From: a virus
Length of the DNA stretch: 64,000 nt
Reading direction: 5' to 3' (one strand)
IMG/VR virus record: IMGVR_UViG_3300035698_025127
Location: 1-64,000 of that record
Part shown: piece by piece, positions 47,838-57,476 of the stretch
Layout: the number at the start of each line of letters is the position of its first letter
Numbering within the stretch: the first letter of the stretch is position 1
Program-made: the position numbers and the translations under genes
Notes under the pieces: model-generated
What the model saw: the letters and a program-made list of their open reading frames with translations, nothing else
Told to the model about the DNA's origin: nothing
Databases searched by the model: none

Positions 47838-48460
47838 TTCTCGGCCATAATAGGATCGTTAATGGCCTCCACAATAGGCTTTAAACGAGCCACGATTGCC
47901 TGTAAGGCACTTTTCTGTCTATCAGTAGGTATTCGGCCTAATTGGTACCAGTCTTTGATCCTACCGGTAATATAGATGATATGTTGGTTCGCGTAAATAT
48001 GTTTGTTCATGAGCATTAGGAATCTATATAGCAGGATAATCGAAGCAATAGACTCATTAGATGCGTTTTTCAAGGTAAAGGTGTCTTCATTTAGGATATC
48101 AATTAATTCCTGCTCAATAACAAAGTCATCAATTCTGATACGACTTTTCTTGACAGTTTTAATTTTCTTTACAATACCCCCGCATTCTAATATCGAAGTG
48201 CCGTCTTTTGTATATTCATTTAGGGTAATTAAGGCACGTTTTAGTGTATTATTATTTTTGCACCTTGCCTTTTTGTCGCCATATAAAATAGTATACGAAT
48301 AACTTTTAAGATCGAGCTTAATGTCAAATTCTATAGACCCCGCAACAGAAAAGAGAACCTGAAACTTGTCAGACTGTATTTCAACACTTACAGATACGTT
48401 ATCAAAAATCTTGTTTATGTACTGTACTACTATTTTATATTGCCTAGGCAGTTTTGTCAT
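47804..48460 (-). CDS. Hypothetical protein
   Basis: 218 aa, GGAGG RBS on minus strand. Confidence 0.65.
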   Translation of the reverse strand: MTKLPRQYKIVVQYINKIFDNVSVSVEIQSDKFQVLFSVAGSIEFDIKLDLKSYSYTILYGDKKARCKNNNTLKRALITLNEYTKDGTSILECGGIVKKIKTVKKSRIRIDDFVIEQELIDILNEDTFTLKNASNESIASIILLYRFLMLMNKHIYANQHIIYITGRIKDWYQLGRIPTDRQKSALQAIVARLKPIVEAINDPIMAENYEFTTNSIIK

Positions 48461-48725
48461 TGTTACCTCCCATCAAGTATTTGCTATACGATTCTATTTC
48501 GGCCCGCTTTTCGGGTGTAAAACTGTCAATATCATAAATATTTATTAGTGTTTCAAATATGATAGCGTCTTTTTCTGGCGATTCTGGCATTTTTCTTGTC
48601 AATAAGTATATAGTGTTTATCTGGTTTAGTAGCGCGAATTCATTATTAACAACTTTATTCTCTATATATAGTAGTGTTATAAGCCGTTTTGCAATGTTTA
48701 CGATTGAATGTTGTATGTATGTCAT
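48444..48725 (-). CDS. Hypothetical protein
   Basis: 93 aa, GAAGG upstream, overlaps next minus-strand gene. Confidence 0.55.
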   Translation of the reverse strand: MTYIQHSIVNIAKRLITLLYIENKVVNNEFALLNQINTIYLLTRKMPESPEKDAIIFETLINIYDIDSFTPEKRAEIESYSKYLMGGNNDKTA

Positions 48726-48802
48726 GAGACCTTCTTTCTGTTTTCTATAAATAACGTACGATAACTTATGAATTCGATAAATTTGACAAGGAATAGAAAA
48801 TA

Positions 48803-50275
48803 ATGAATGTAAAGCTAATTAAGACACGCCCGAATATTGCAACAATAGCGTCAGCAAAAACATGTTATAACGGTATGATTTACCCAAACAAGATTAAAAA
48901 TTCTGCTAAAACTGATAAATTCGTTGTTTCTTTGCTAAATAGTGGACACCATACGACATTTCAGCATAGCGACCATTATTTTACATTTGCGCTTGAAGGG
49001 ATAAGTAGATATGCTGTATGGTCATTTTTCCATAATTTCGAATACTATAATTCAAGTCAGGAAAGCCAGCGTTATGTATCCATGGCACCGGAAAACAATT
49101 ATGTACCAGAAGGATTAACAAATACACAAAGAAGAATCTGGGACGCAGCACTTGCTGACTCTTTTATTGCATATACAGAATTGACTCGTCTATGTACTGA
49201 CAAAACAAAACAATTATATAGTAAGACTTTTCCGAATAAAGATCAGAAAATTGTTGAAGATAAAGCACACAAAATGGCAATTGAAAACGCTCGGTATATT
49301 TTGCCACAGGCTGTTACAACGTCCATGTATTATACGATAAATTTAGCTACTCTTTTGCGTATGCGCGCAGTAGCTAATACATATGACTGTAAATGGGAAA
49401 TTATACCTATTATAGAAAAAATGTGTGAAGCTGTAATCGCATTTGACGAGAAACTAGCAGTTCTTTTTGGACGTGTAGAAATCGGAGCTTTTTTTGCAGA
49501 CTACGAATATAACAATATAAATGCCAAGCTATTCAAGAAAAATTTCGATGCTCAATTTAATGATAACTACGGCAATGAATTCCAACACTCGAAACTTATC
49601 AGCCATAATGCTTTACCGGCATCGCTAAATATTTTTGATGAAATCTTCGGCATTAAATACGGCTATTCAGAAGTAAAAGATTTATCTCTAAATGTTGACA
49701 ATATGCTTACTGAATCTCGTTTGGGCAGCTTATTAGTATTTACATTCGCAAACCGAAATTCATTATCATGTGATTCTCAAATGCAGCGACATCGCACGAT
49801 AAGTAAAGCAAAGACATTTTTGCCGGATCAAATAGTTACAGATGATATTGATTATGTAGTGCCTATAGTGATCGGGTCAAGAAAAACACTAATAAGTCGA
49901 TATAATAGATTTATGGACAATCAATTGACAAACTATAGATATGCAATTAAAGAAGGGATTGCCCCAGAAATTGCTGCTTACCTTCTTCCTAATGCAACAA
50001 TGACTCGGTCTTTTTCGACAGTAGATTTAAATGGATTTAAGAATCAGGCTAATTTGCGTTTGTGTTTTAATGCACAAAAAGAAATATGGGATTTGACAGC
50101 AGAACAGGCAAAACAAATAAGTAAAGTGGTCCCTGAAATATCACGTGTTTTGCATCCTAAATGCAAGTTAAGAAAAGAAAGCGGTATAACACCGGTATGT
50201 ACAGAAGGTTCAAGATTTTGTGGAACACAGACCTGGAACATAGACGACTTTTACAATCATGAACGGGAGTTTTAA
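48803..50275 (+). CDS. thyX: FAD-dependent thymidylate synthase, tandem double-domain ThyX
   Basis: SGHHTTFQH, GISR, SQESQRY, ENARYILP; second domain QMQRHRT, YLLPNA, LRLCFNAQKEI. Confidence 0.9.
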   Translation: MNVKLIKTRPNIATIASAKTCYNGMIYPNKIKNSAKTDKFVVSLLNSGHHTTFQHSDHYFTFALEGISRYAVWSFFHNFEYYNSSQESQRYVSMAPENNYVPEGLTNTQRRIWDAALADSFIAYTELTRLCTDKTKQLYSKTFPNKDQKIVEDKAHKMAIENARYILPQAVTTSMYYTINLATLLRMRAVANTYDCKWEIIPIIEKMCEAVIAFDEKLAVLFGRVEIGAFFADYEYNNINAKLFKKNFDAQFNDNYGNEFQHSKLISHNALPASLNIFDEIFGIKYGYSEVKDLSLNVDNMLTESRLGSLLVFTFANRNSLSCDSQMQRHRTISKAKTFLPDQIVTDDIDYVVPIVIGSRKTLISRYNRFMDNQLTNYRYAIKEGIAPEIAAYLLPNATMTRSFSTVDLNGFKNQANLRLCFNAQKEIWDLTAEQAKQISKVVPEISRVLHPKCKLRKESGITPVCTEGSRFCGTQTWNIDDFYNHEREF

Positions 50276-50276
50276 T

Positions 50277-50474
50277 ATGGGCTTTGACGAAGAAATTAAT
50301 GCAGTATTTGCCAGGTTTGGCCAGCTATTAAACGGAACAACAAGAGAAATGTTTGTTGAATTTATTGATGAAAATCGTGAGATTTTTACAATGTCAGGTG
50401 ATAATCTTTGGAGTGTATATAAACAACTGAATTTGCGAGAAGAAAATGGAATCTGGAAACTTAGAGAAAATTAA
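50277..50474 (+). CDS. Hypothetical protein
   Basis: GGGAG RBS, 65 aa. Confidence 0.55.
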   Translation: MGFDEEINAVFARFGQLLNGTTREMFVEFIDENREIFTMSGDNLWSVYKQLNLREENGIWKLREN

Positions 50475-51180
50475 TGTGCCTCTGGAAACCATTGAATTTC
50501 CAGTAAGGGGGGTTTACAAAACAAGAGATGGTATGCTACCTAAGCGAATGTGCTATTTGCACCCAGATGCCATTAGAAGTTTTTATCAATTACAGCGTTA
50601 TACCGATTTTAAGTTACGATATTCCGACATTTTCAGAAAACCGGAATCGTCTTTTTTGGCCCGCAAGGAGAAGGGGCGAAGTGTTGCGCCGCCGGGCAAG
50701 TCTGGACATAATTATGGGGTATCATTTGACATTGATGTTGAACACGCCCTGAGATTATTTACAAATAACAAAAATCCTCGCGGCAAACGTCTTCTTGAAT
50801 TGCAAGATAAGTTTGTAATGTATGATTGGTATCCACTAAATAGCGTACGTAACAAGTTATTAAGAGACCCGGGTAGAAAACGTCAAATATCGGAAGAATG
50901 GCATTTTAATTATGGTGAAGAACCAATTAGTAGCCGTGTTGAACAGTGGTATTCGGAAGTTGAGTTAGACGTTGCCGAGTTACAAAGTATCTTGTTAGAC
51001 CTTGGATATAATGCTTTTCCGATAGACGGTATTTATGGTAAAAATACTCGAAAGGCAATGAATGCGTTTCAAAAAGATTGTAGAATCCCGAGAACAAAAT
51101 ATCCAGATCGCAATACAAAACTTATTTTAAGTTCTCTTGATGTGAAATATACTATTACTAACGGAGCAGCAAGTTATTAA
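50446..51180 (+). CDS. Endolysin-like M15 peptidase with C-terminal peptidoglycan-binding domain
   Basis: APPGKSGHNYGVSFDID, EEWHF; LQSILLDLGY...IDGIYGKNTRKAMNAFQ. Confidence 0.85.
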   Translation: MESGNLEKINVPLETIEFPVRGVYKTRDGMLPKRMCYLHPDAIRSFYQLQRYTDFKLRYSDIFRKPESSFLARKEKGRSVAPPGKSGHNYGVSFDIDVEHALRLFTNNKNPRGKRLLELQDKFVMYDWYPLNSVRNKLLRDPGRKRQISEEWHFNYGEEPISSRVEQWYSEVELDVAELQSILLDLGYNAFPIDGIYGKNTRKAMNAFQKDCRIPRTKYPDRNTKLILSSLDVKYTITNGAASY

Positions 51181-53420
51181 TGTTTGAACATTTTGGTCCA
51201 GAAACAATTGATATTACTTATAGTACAAATATAGCATTGCAGAATCTAGGCACGGCAAGCGATTTAAAAGCCTATTTAAAAGAAGAAATAGATGAAATTA
51301 ATAAGCATTCTATTGACGTTTTAGCATTAGGCGATGACATTGAAAATCCCAATAATATTCTGTTATATTATTTTTTGGGTATGGCAAAAATACCTAATAA
51401 GTTACAGCATTATTGGAGTGAGGGTGACTTCCCTGATATTGATGCTGATTTTGCACCCGAAGGTAGAGAAGCAATTAAAAAATATCTGGAACACCGGTTC
51501 GGCAAAGAACATGTAAAATCTGTTGTAGCTTGGGGTAGAAGTAGTTTTAATAGTGCTTTTAAGGACCTTTGTGACGCGCTTGGCATTCAAAGAACATATG
51601 TAAATAAGTTTACAAAGATTTTGGATGAAGAAGAAGGCCTAGACGAAACTGAAGATAAGATTAATTATCTTAAAGATAAGTTTCCAGAAATGAAACAAAT
51701 TTTTGACAGTAATCCTAAGTTATCTGAATGGCTACCGGTTTATTATGGTGTTATTAAGAATATCGGCCAACATGCAGCGGCCATAGTTGTAAGTGGCGAT
51801 TCGCTTACAGAACATTTGCCACTTATTAAAAAGGCCAAAGGCGATGAAATTCTTATCGGTCATTCGGAATCAAGCAAGCTAAAAGAATTACAACCGCAAG
51901 GGTTTATTAAATACGACTTTCTGGGACTCAAACATGTTTCTATTTTGAGTACTGCTATTGATTATGTACAGAAAAATCACGATATAATTATTGATGAAAA
52001 ATTCTGGAATGATGTTGGTATAAAAGATACAAAGACTTTTGATTTGGCTCAATCCGGAGAATTAGATGGTATATTTCAATTTGAAGGTGGTGCCGGTTAC
52101 AAATGCATTATGGAAATTAAGCCTAATAACTTAGATGATTTATCTTTTGCTAATGCAGGTATGCGCCCGGGTGCATTAGAAGCTAAATTGCCGCAAATAT
52201 ATTACAAGAGAATGCACGGTATGAGTGACGAGAAGGCCCTTGATATCAATGGGTTATCTCAATATGGCGTTAATGAAATGTTTATTAAGTCATTGTCTAA
52301 AACATATGGATTAATTGTCTATCAAGAGCAGATTATGCAGTTCTTGCATTATGTCGGTGGTATTGATTTACCGAAGACTAATAAGGTGCGTAAAGTAATT
52401 ACAATTGAAATGTCAAAACGTCGGCCGGAACATACTGTAATTATGGATGACGTTTATACAAAGTATATGATACATACAATAGAAGCTCTTAATATGCCTA
52501 AAGAATTGGCACAGGAGTGGTGGGATAACGTAGTTGGTCAAGCTGGCTATTCTTTTAATGCTTCTCACTCATACGCATATGCCATTATTGCATATCGCGA
52601 ATTATATATTAAAGCCCATTATCCTGTGGAATTTTTTCTGGCCCTTTTGGGTCAGTCTAAAAGTACCAAAGACAAAATAGGCGAATATATTGGGGCCGCT
52701 AGACGTTTTGGCATTGAAATTTTGCCGCCCGACATAAACAAGTCAGAAATAGAGCATTCGCCCGAAGGTACAAATTCCATTAGGCTCGGCTTATCCCTTA
52801 TCAAAAGTCTTAACAAGGCATCAACTGCCAAGATTATGGCAAAGAGACCTTTTGTTTCTTACGAGGATTACCTTAAAAGAGGCCCAACTTCAATGACCGC
52901 TATCAAGGCTTTAGTTTACTCTGGCGCGTTGGATACAATGGGACGTCGCGGCAATATGATAGACATGTATGCTGAACGTGTGAAAAAGAATATCCCGCAA
53001 TGCCTAGTTGCCGATTATTTAAGGTTAGAACAAGATTATATAGGATATACGTTTAGTGCAAGTACATTTGTTGAAATACCAAACGAAGTATTAGCGATGG
53101 AACATTTAAAGCGTTTTGATGAAATTCCGGAAGTTATTATTATGGGGTTTGTTGAAAACGTCATTGAATCAAAATTAAAAAGTGGCAAAAGTGTTGGCGA
53201 ATACTATGGCATTTACGAAATAACAAATTATAGAACCAATATTACCGGCGTCAAAATGTGGGCGGAAATATACAAAGAATATGGATTCAAACTTGTGCCG
53301 GGAAGTTGGTTTAAGGCTGTTATGCAAAAAAATAAGTATGGATGGTCTTTTAAGAGAATTTTAGAACATGCAGAACATGGCATAGAAGAACTTACGGAGC
53401 GTGAAACAAAAAATGATTAA
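51180..53420 (+). CDS. dnaE: DNA polymerase III alpha (DnaE-type, family C) lacking PHP domain
   Basis: FPDIDADF, GQHAAAIVV, IKYDFLGL, GIFQFE, RPG, TYGLIVYQEQIM, YSFNASHS.AY, ILPPDINKS. Confidence 0.92.
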   Translation: MFEHFGPETIDITYSTNIALQNLGTASDLKAYLKEEIDEINKHSIDVLALGDDIENPNNILLYYFLGMAKIPNKLQHYWSEGDFPDIDADFAPEGREAIKKYLEHRFGKEHVKSVVAWGRSSFNSAFKDLCDALGIQRTYVNKFTKILDEEEGLDETEDKINYLKDKFPEMKQIFDSNPKLSEWLPVYYGVIKNIGQHAAAIVVSGDSLTEHLPLIKKAKGDEILIGHSESSKLKELQPQGFIKYDFLGLKHVSILSTAIDYVQKNHDIIIDEKFWNDVGIKDTKTFDLAQSGELDGIFQFEGGAGYKCIMEIKPNNLDDLSFANAGMRPGALEAKLPQIYYKRMHGMSDEKALDINGLSQYGVNEMFIKSLSKTYGLIVYQEQIMQFLHYVGGIDLPKTNKVRKVITIEMSKRRPEHTVIMDDVYTKYMIHTIEALNMPKELAQEWWDNVVGQAGYSFNASHSYAYAIIAYRELYIKAHYPVEFFLALLGQSKSTKDKIGEYIGAARRFGIEILPPDINKSEIEHSPEGTNSIRLGLSLIKSLNKASTAKIMAKRPFVSYEDYLKRGPTSMTAIKALVYSGALDTMGRRGNMIDMYAERVKKNIPQCLVADYLRLEQDYIGYTFSASTFVEIPNEVLAMEHLKRFDEIPEVIIMGFVENVIESKLKSGKSVGEYYGIYEITNYRTNITGVKMWAEIYKEYGFKLVPGSWFKAVMQKNKYGWSFKRILEHAEHGIEELTERETKND

Positions 53421-53874
53421 ATTTACTAATAAGGTTGATTCTATTCTAAAAAAATGGCATAGAATGCAATCTGAAAATCCACAGTTGTTTAGAATTACCA
53501 ATCAAGTAAGATTCCACAATGATGATACTATTGGTTTGATTACGTACAAATTTAAGTTTGGCAAACGCGAACTTTCTTACAATATAGTTGTTACAGAACG
53601 TGACGATGGTATATATAGTCTTGCCGGTACTATAATAAGTGCCAATAATATTCCTATTGCACGGTCACGTCTAAAATATAAGTCATTTGAAATATATATT
53701 AGAGGGGCTGATGATCTTATGAATGCGTTGTTTGTCAAAATATGGCCGGAAGTAAGATACTGGCAGGATGTAACACAGTTGAGTTGGCTGAAAATCAACA
53801 CATTTGAATTGTTATATGGTAAAGTTTCTGGATTGCTAAACAAATTAAAGAAAGAAAAGAAAGAGCGGAAATAA
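53413..53874 (+). CDS. Hypothetical protein
   Basis: ~153-aa ORF overlapping dnaE stop. Confidence 0.6.
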   Translation: MIKFTNKVDSILKKWHRMQSENPQLFRITNQVRFHNDDTIGLITYKFKFGKRELSYNIVVTERDDGIYSLAGTIISANNIPIARSRLKYKSFEIYIRGADDLMNALFVKIWPEVRYWQDVTQLSWLKINTFELLYGKVSGLLNKLKKEKKERK

Positions 53875-54273
53875 ATGGATAACCCAAAATTGTTATATAT
53901 GGCTTCACCTTATATGGGAAATAATCTCAACCCCCTATCTATTGAAGTAAATGTCATAGAAGCTAAATATGAAATGCGAATTATTTTACGAAACAAGAAT
54001 TTTGATAGTTATGTCGTTATTTCCCCAGTAATTATGTATGATAGGTTTGGCTTATATATTGATAATAAACCTGAGTTTTGGTATGAATATACACTTAGGT
54101 TGTTGTCACGATGTGACGCACTATGTTTTCATCAGGGGTGGGAAGTCAGCAAAGGAGTTATTGGCGAAGTTCAATTTGCTATTGACCACGATATGCCGAT
54201 ATATTATAAAGGCAAATTAATATCATTTGAAGTAGCACAAAGAATGTTAGATGAAAATGATATTACTAAATAA
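53875..54273 (+). CDS. DUF1937/DUF4406-like nucleoside deoxyribosyltransferase-fold protein
   Basis: LYMASPY..SP..LLSRCDAL...GWEVSKG...E..FA. Confidence 0.75.
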   Translation: MDNPKLLYMASPYMGNNLNPLSIEVNVIEAKYEMRIILRNKNFDSYVVISPVIMYDRFGLYIDNKPEFWYEYTLRLLSRCDALCFHQGWEVSKGVIGEVQFAIDHDMPIYYKGKLISFEVAQRMLDENDITK

Positions 54274-54853
54274 CGAGACATACAAAAGGACTATGTTTTG
54301 TACAGATCAAGACGAACTCCATATGATAATGGAATCATTAATGGATTTAGCAGAAGAAAATGCGGACAACGACTTATATATTACTGAAATATATAAAGCA
54401 GTTTTAAATTTGCTAAATAATGAATGGTTAAAGCCGCAAGACTTTTTACACATTGTCGGTACACTCCCTACTATTTTATATGATGCATTAGAACAGGATA
54501 TACAGTCTCTTGAGGTCATTAAAGTGGTATTTGAGCATTATCCGCAATACTTATTTAACAATGAATATGAGTTAAATAGTTCTTTATTGTATTTAATGAT
54601 GATGTATAACTTGACAGACGAACAAAAGTATGCTATAATACGAGATAGCTTAGAAAATTATGTTAATTCGCGGCACCTTTTAGCAGTCTTCAGGAAATAT
54701 AACGAAGTACCGAGAGCACTTTACGAAAGTATTAAGGCCTTTTGTAATACTGTCCCGGACAAGAAACTAAAAAGCAAACTAATTAAGGCTTTTCGAAATG
54801 TTAATATTACAGAATGCAGAGACACGAGAGAGGATTATAAGACTTTTCATTGA
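54251..54853 (+). CDS. Hypothetical helical protein
   Basis: 200-aa ORF. Confidence 0.6.
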   Translation: MKMILLNNETYKRTMFCTDQDELHMIMESLMDLAEENADNDLYITEIYKAVLNLLNNEWLKPQDFLHIVGTLPTILYDALEQDIQSLEVIKVVFEHYPQYLFNNEYELNSSLLYLMMMYNLTDEQKYAIIRDSLENYVNSRHLLAVFRKYNEVPRALYESIKAFCNTVPDKKLKSKLIKAFRNVNITECRDTREDYKTFH

Positions 54854-55853
54854 TAAGCACTTCTCCGACATTCGATATGCTAATAATACAAGTGGGCGGT
54901 GGATTAATGTTCCAAGTCCAGAAAAGCAAAGAGATACTGATTATCGTCTCGGATTTAATATAGATGCTGGATATGTACATGATTTTACAATTTCAGAAAC
55001 ATGGTCATTCAAAGACTTTGTAGCAAGATATCTTGACATTCACCATAGTGAGGCTGAGGGTGTCATATTTGATATGGCAATTAAAGAAAAAATTATTTCA
55101 CTAAATAATATGCCAAGAAAAAAAGAAGTGGAACCTGAAGTTGCCCCACCGACTAAGCACGTAAAAATATTACCAGAAATATCAATGCCACCACATACAT
55201 TATATGTTGATATGTCAAACAAAAATGGCATTTTGGGTGCAGCTGTTTCGTATCTTGAAGGGCGAGGTATTACTCAGGAATTAGTTGATAAATTCGAAAT
55301 TCGCTATTGTATAGGAGGTCGAGATGGAGGACGAATAATTTTCCCTATTAGAGATATTAATGGTAAAATTGTCATGTATCAGGGGCGAGCGATTAGTGAC
55401 GATTTAACACCTAAATATTTATTTTCTCAGAATGGTAACAAGAAACAAGTAGTATATAATCTATATAATGTTCCAGAAAATCAGCAAATTATTATTTGTG
55501 AGGGTATATTTGATGTGATTGCCGCACATAAGGCAGGATATCATGCTGTAGCAACTTTTGGCAATTCTTTATCTTTTTTTCATCATACGAAGATAAGCAT
55601 AAGGAAACCTAGTAAACTAATCTTAGCTTACGATGTAGATGCAGCAGGTGTTTTAGGTCTAGTGAACGCAAGTAATCTGTTGGATGATTATTTTGTAATT
55701 AATTACCCTAATAATATTGAAGATTTTGGTGATGCGAATGTTGATGAAATACACAGTCTGGTTAAAAATATTGTGCCGTGGACTTCTGGAACATTTTTGC
55801 AATTTTTGCTAAAAGCTGCTTTATTGGAGCGTGAAAAGAAAAATGTCTTGTGA
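54798..55853 (+). CDS. DNA primase (DnaG/TOPRIM)
   Basis: YLEGRGI, RIIFP, YQGR, PKY, ICEGIFD, ATFG, YDVDAAG. Confidence 0.9.
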   Translation: MLILQNAETRERIIRLFIDKHFSDIRYANNTSGRWINVPSPEKQRDTDYRLGFNIDAGYVHDFTISETWSFKDFVARYLDIHHSEAEGVIFDMAIKEKIISLNNMPRKKEVEPEVAPPTKHVKILPEISMPPHTLYVDMSNKNGILGAAVSYLEGRGITQELVDKFEIRYCIGGRDGGRIIFPIRDINGKIVMYQGRAISDDLTPKYLFSQNGNKKQVVYNLYNVPENQQIIICEGIFDVIAAHKAGYHAVATFGNSLSFFHHTKISIRKPSKLILAYDVDAAGVLGLVNASNLLDDYFVINYPNNIEDFGDANVDEIHSLVKNIVPWTSGTFLQFLLKAALLEREKKNVL

Positions 55854-55935
55854 TATTATTTTGTTATCTGCCGACGCTACATTAATAGGTATGGTTATTG
55901 GTATCGTTACTATATTTTATTATATATTAAAGTAA
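55843..55935 (+). CDS. Possible 30-aa single-TM peptide
   Basis: MSCDIILLSADATLIGMVIGIVTIFYYILK fills gap; no homology evidence. Confidence 0.35.
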   Translation: MSCDIILLSADATLIGMVIGIVTIFYYILK

Positions 55936-55947
55936 AGGCAGACAAAC

Positions 55948-56178
55948 ATGGGAGAAATTAAATTTAGGTTATTGACCAAAGCCGAAGCCGCTGTGTATGG
56001 CTTAAACGGTGGAAATCTTTATTTACAATGGACAAACGGTTTAGCCGATCCAGTTAACCTTATAGAAAGGGCAGAGAATTTTCTATGGGAACAGAAACAC
56101 ATAAGAGCAAAAGTAGACATTTTACCGATCAGACGGAACGCGGTTCTACTGAGGGCGCAGGAATTACCGATAATGTAA
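55948..56178 (+). CDS. Hypothetical protein
   Basis: 76 aa, AAAGG RBS. Confidence 0.55.
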   Translation: MGEIKFRLLTKAEAAVYGLNGGNLYLQWTNGLADPVNLIERAENFLWEQKHIRAKVDILPIRRNAVLLRAQELPIM

Positions 56179-56540
56179 CAAGTTTAATATCAAACGCATT
56201 ATATGGTGATAAGGGCTCAAAACTAGCGCTAAAAGCAGTTTTTATGGATTCGCTTTTAAAACTTCAGAAACATAAAAGTATAAATATTGTCGATTATGTT
56301 GAATTATTATTTGTATTAGTTTCATCTATCGACACATCTCGTACGTTATCTTTAGAGGAGGGCAAAGAAACTCCGCCTCAAGTACCAAAATCAGCTTTAA
56401 TTATGCATAAAGGTGAGCCGTGCTTACAAGTATGGTCATTACCTGATGCTTCGGACAGTTATGTCCGTAAATTAACTGATCTTGAAAATGCAATTTTTAT
56501 TAGACAACAAGGAAAAAATAATGAAGAAAGCGCCGATTAA
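56085..56540 (+). CDS. Hypothetical protein (start uncertain, 94-nt overlap)
   Basis: Only + ORF covering 56179-56480. Confidence 0.5.
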   Translation: MGTETHKSKSRHFTDQTERGSTEGAGITDNVTSLISNALYGDKGSKLALKAVFMDSLLKLQKHKSINIVDYVELLFVLVSSIDTSRTLSLEEGKETPPQVPKSALIMHKGEPCLQVWSLPDASDSYVRKLTDLENAIFIRQQGKNNEESAD

Positions 56541-57000
56541 CGTATATAAAGAGTTATTTCCCGCAATGAAAAAGAAAATGCAGGAACATGAATTTTCTAC
56601 CTCAAAATACTATATTCGTCTAGGAATTGAAGACGGGAAAAAGACTATTTATCCTATTCTAAAGGATAAAGAGAATGGTGAAGTAACTGATACTGATATC
56701 ATGAATATTGACAGTGAAACAGCGGTATGCTTAGTTATTGACTCTGCACAGATTAGATTATATGAAGGAACTGTCATTGGTCCGACTGACGCTTTTATGG
56801 AAATTTTTGAAAATTCACTAATTACTCGTAAAAGTCGAGACAGTTTCAAAAAACAGTATGCGGAAAGTGCAAATGTGCCTATAACTACTGTTGATTTTTG
56901 TGCAGAACATAATATCGCACATCCTAAAAGTTTCGGGTGTCCTCAATGCAATGAAAATTCTCTAAAACAAGCCGAAAAGCTAAAGAATACAGTAAGTTAA
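56521..57000 (+). CDS. Hypothetical protein with C-terminal zinc ribbon
   Basis: CAEH...CPQC; AAGGA RBS before ATG 56521. Confidence 0.6.
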   Translation: MKKAPINVYKELFPAMKKKMQEHEFSTSKYYIRLGIEDGKKTIYPILKDKENGEVTDTDIMNIDSETAVCLVIDSAQIRLYEGTVIGPTDAFMEIFENSLITRKSRDSFKKQYAESANVPITTVDFCAEHNIAHPKSFGCPQCNENSLKQAEKLKNTVS

Positions 57001-57476
57001 TGAATTTAACAGAATATATTGACAACCCGCATAAAATATCAGAATTAAAAATACACGATCTAGTTGTTTTTAATAGTATTGATAATAGTGGCTATGAATG
57101 GGTACAAATATTTGCCACACCGTGGTATGATATTCGTTATAATCACATAGTTATACCATTTTTGCGGAAACATATTCTGGATTATGTCTTTGTAAGTTCT
57201 AAAAATGTCAATTTACAAGAGTGTATTTCTGATACAGATATTAGTGAAATATACAGAATTATTGGAAGTTGGCTGACAGTTGTAAAAAACGAGATCTATT
57301 TAAAGACAATATTCAACAAGTTGACGAGGACACTTCGAGATATTAACATAAATGACGATGTTATATTAGAAATAGTTAGATTATTTGAGGCAGACCAATT
57401 TGCCAGACAAAAGCGTAAATTTGAAGAAAGGATTCACCATGGCGCAAAAGCGAATAAAAAAAGTAGATTTCGATAG
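57000..57476 (+). CDS. Hypothetical protein
   Basis: 158 aa, TAATG coupling. Confidence 0.6.
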   Translation: MNLTEYIDNPHKISELKIHDLVVFNSIDNSGYEWVQIFATPWYDIRYNHIVIPFLRKHILDYVFVSSKNVNLQECISDTDISEIYRIIGSWLTVVKNEIYLKTIFNKLTRTLRDININDDVILEIVRLFEADQFARQKRKFEERIHHGAKANKKSRFR

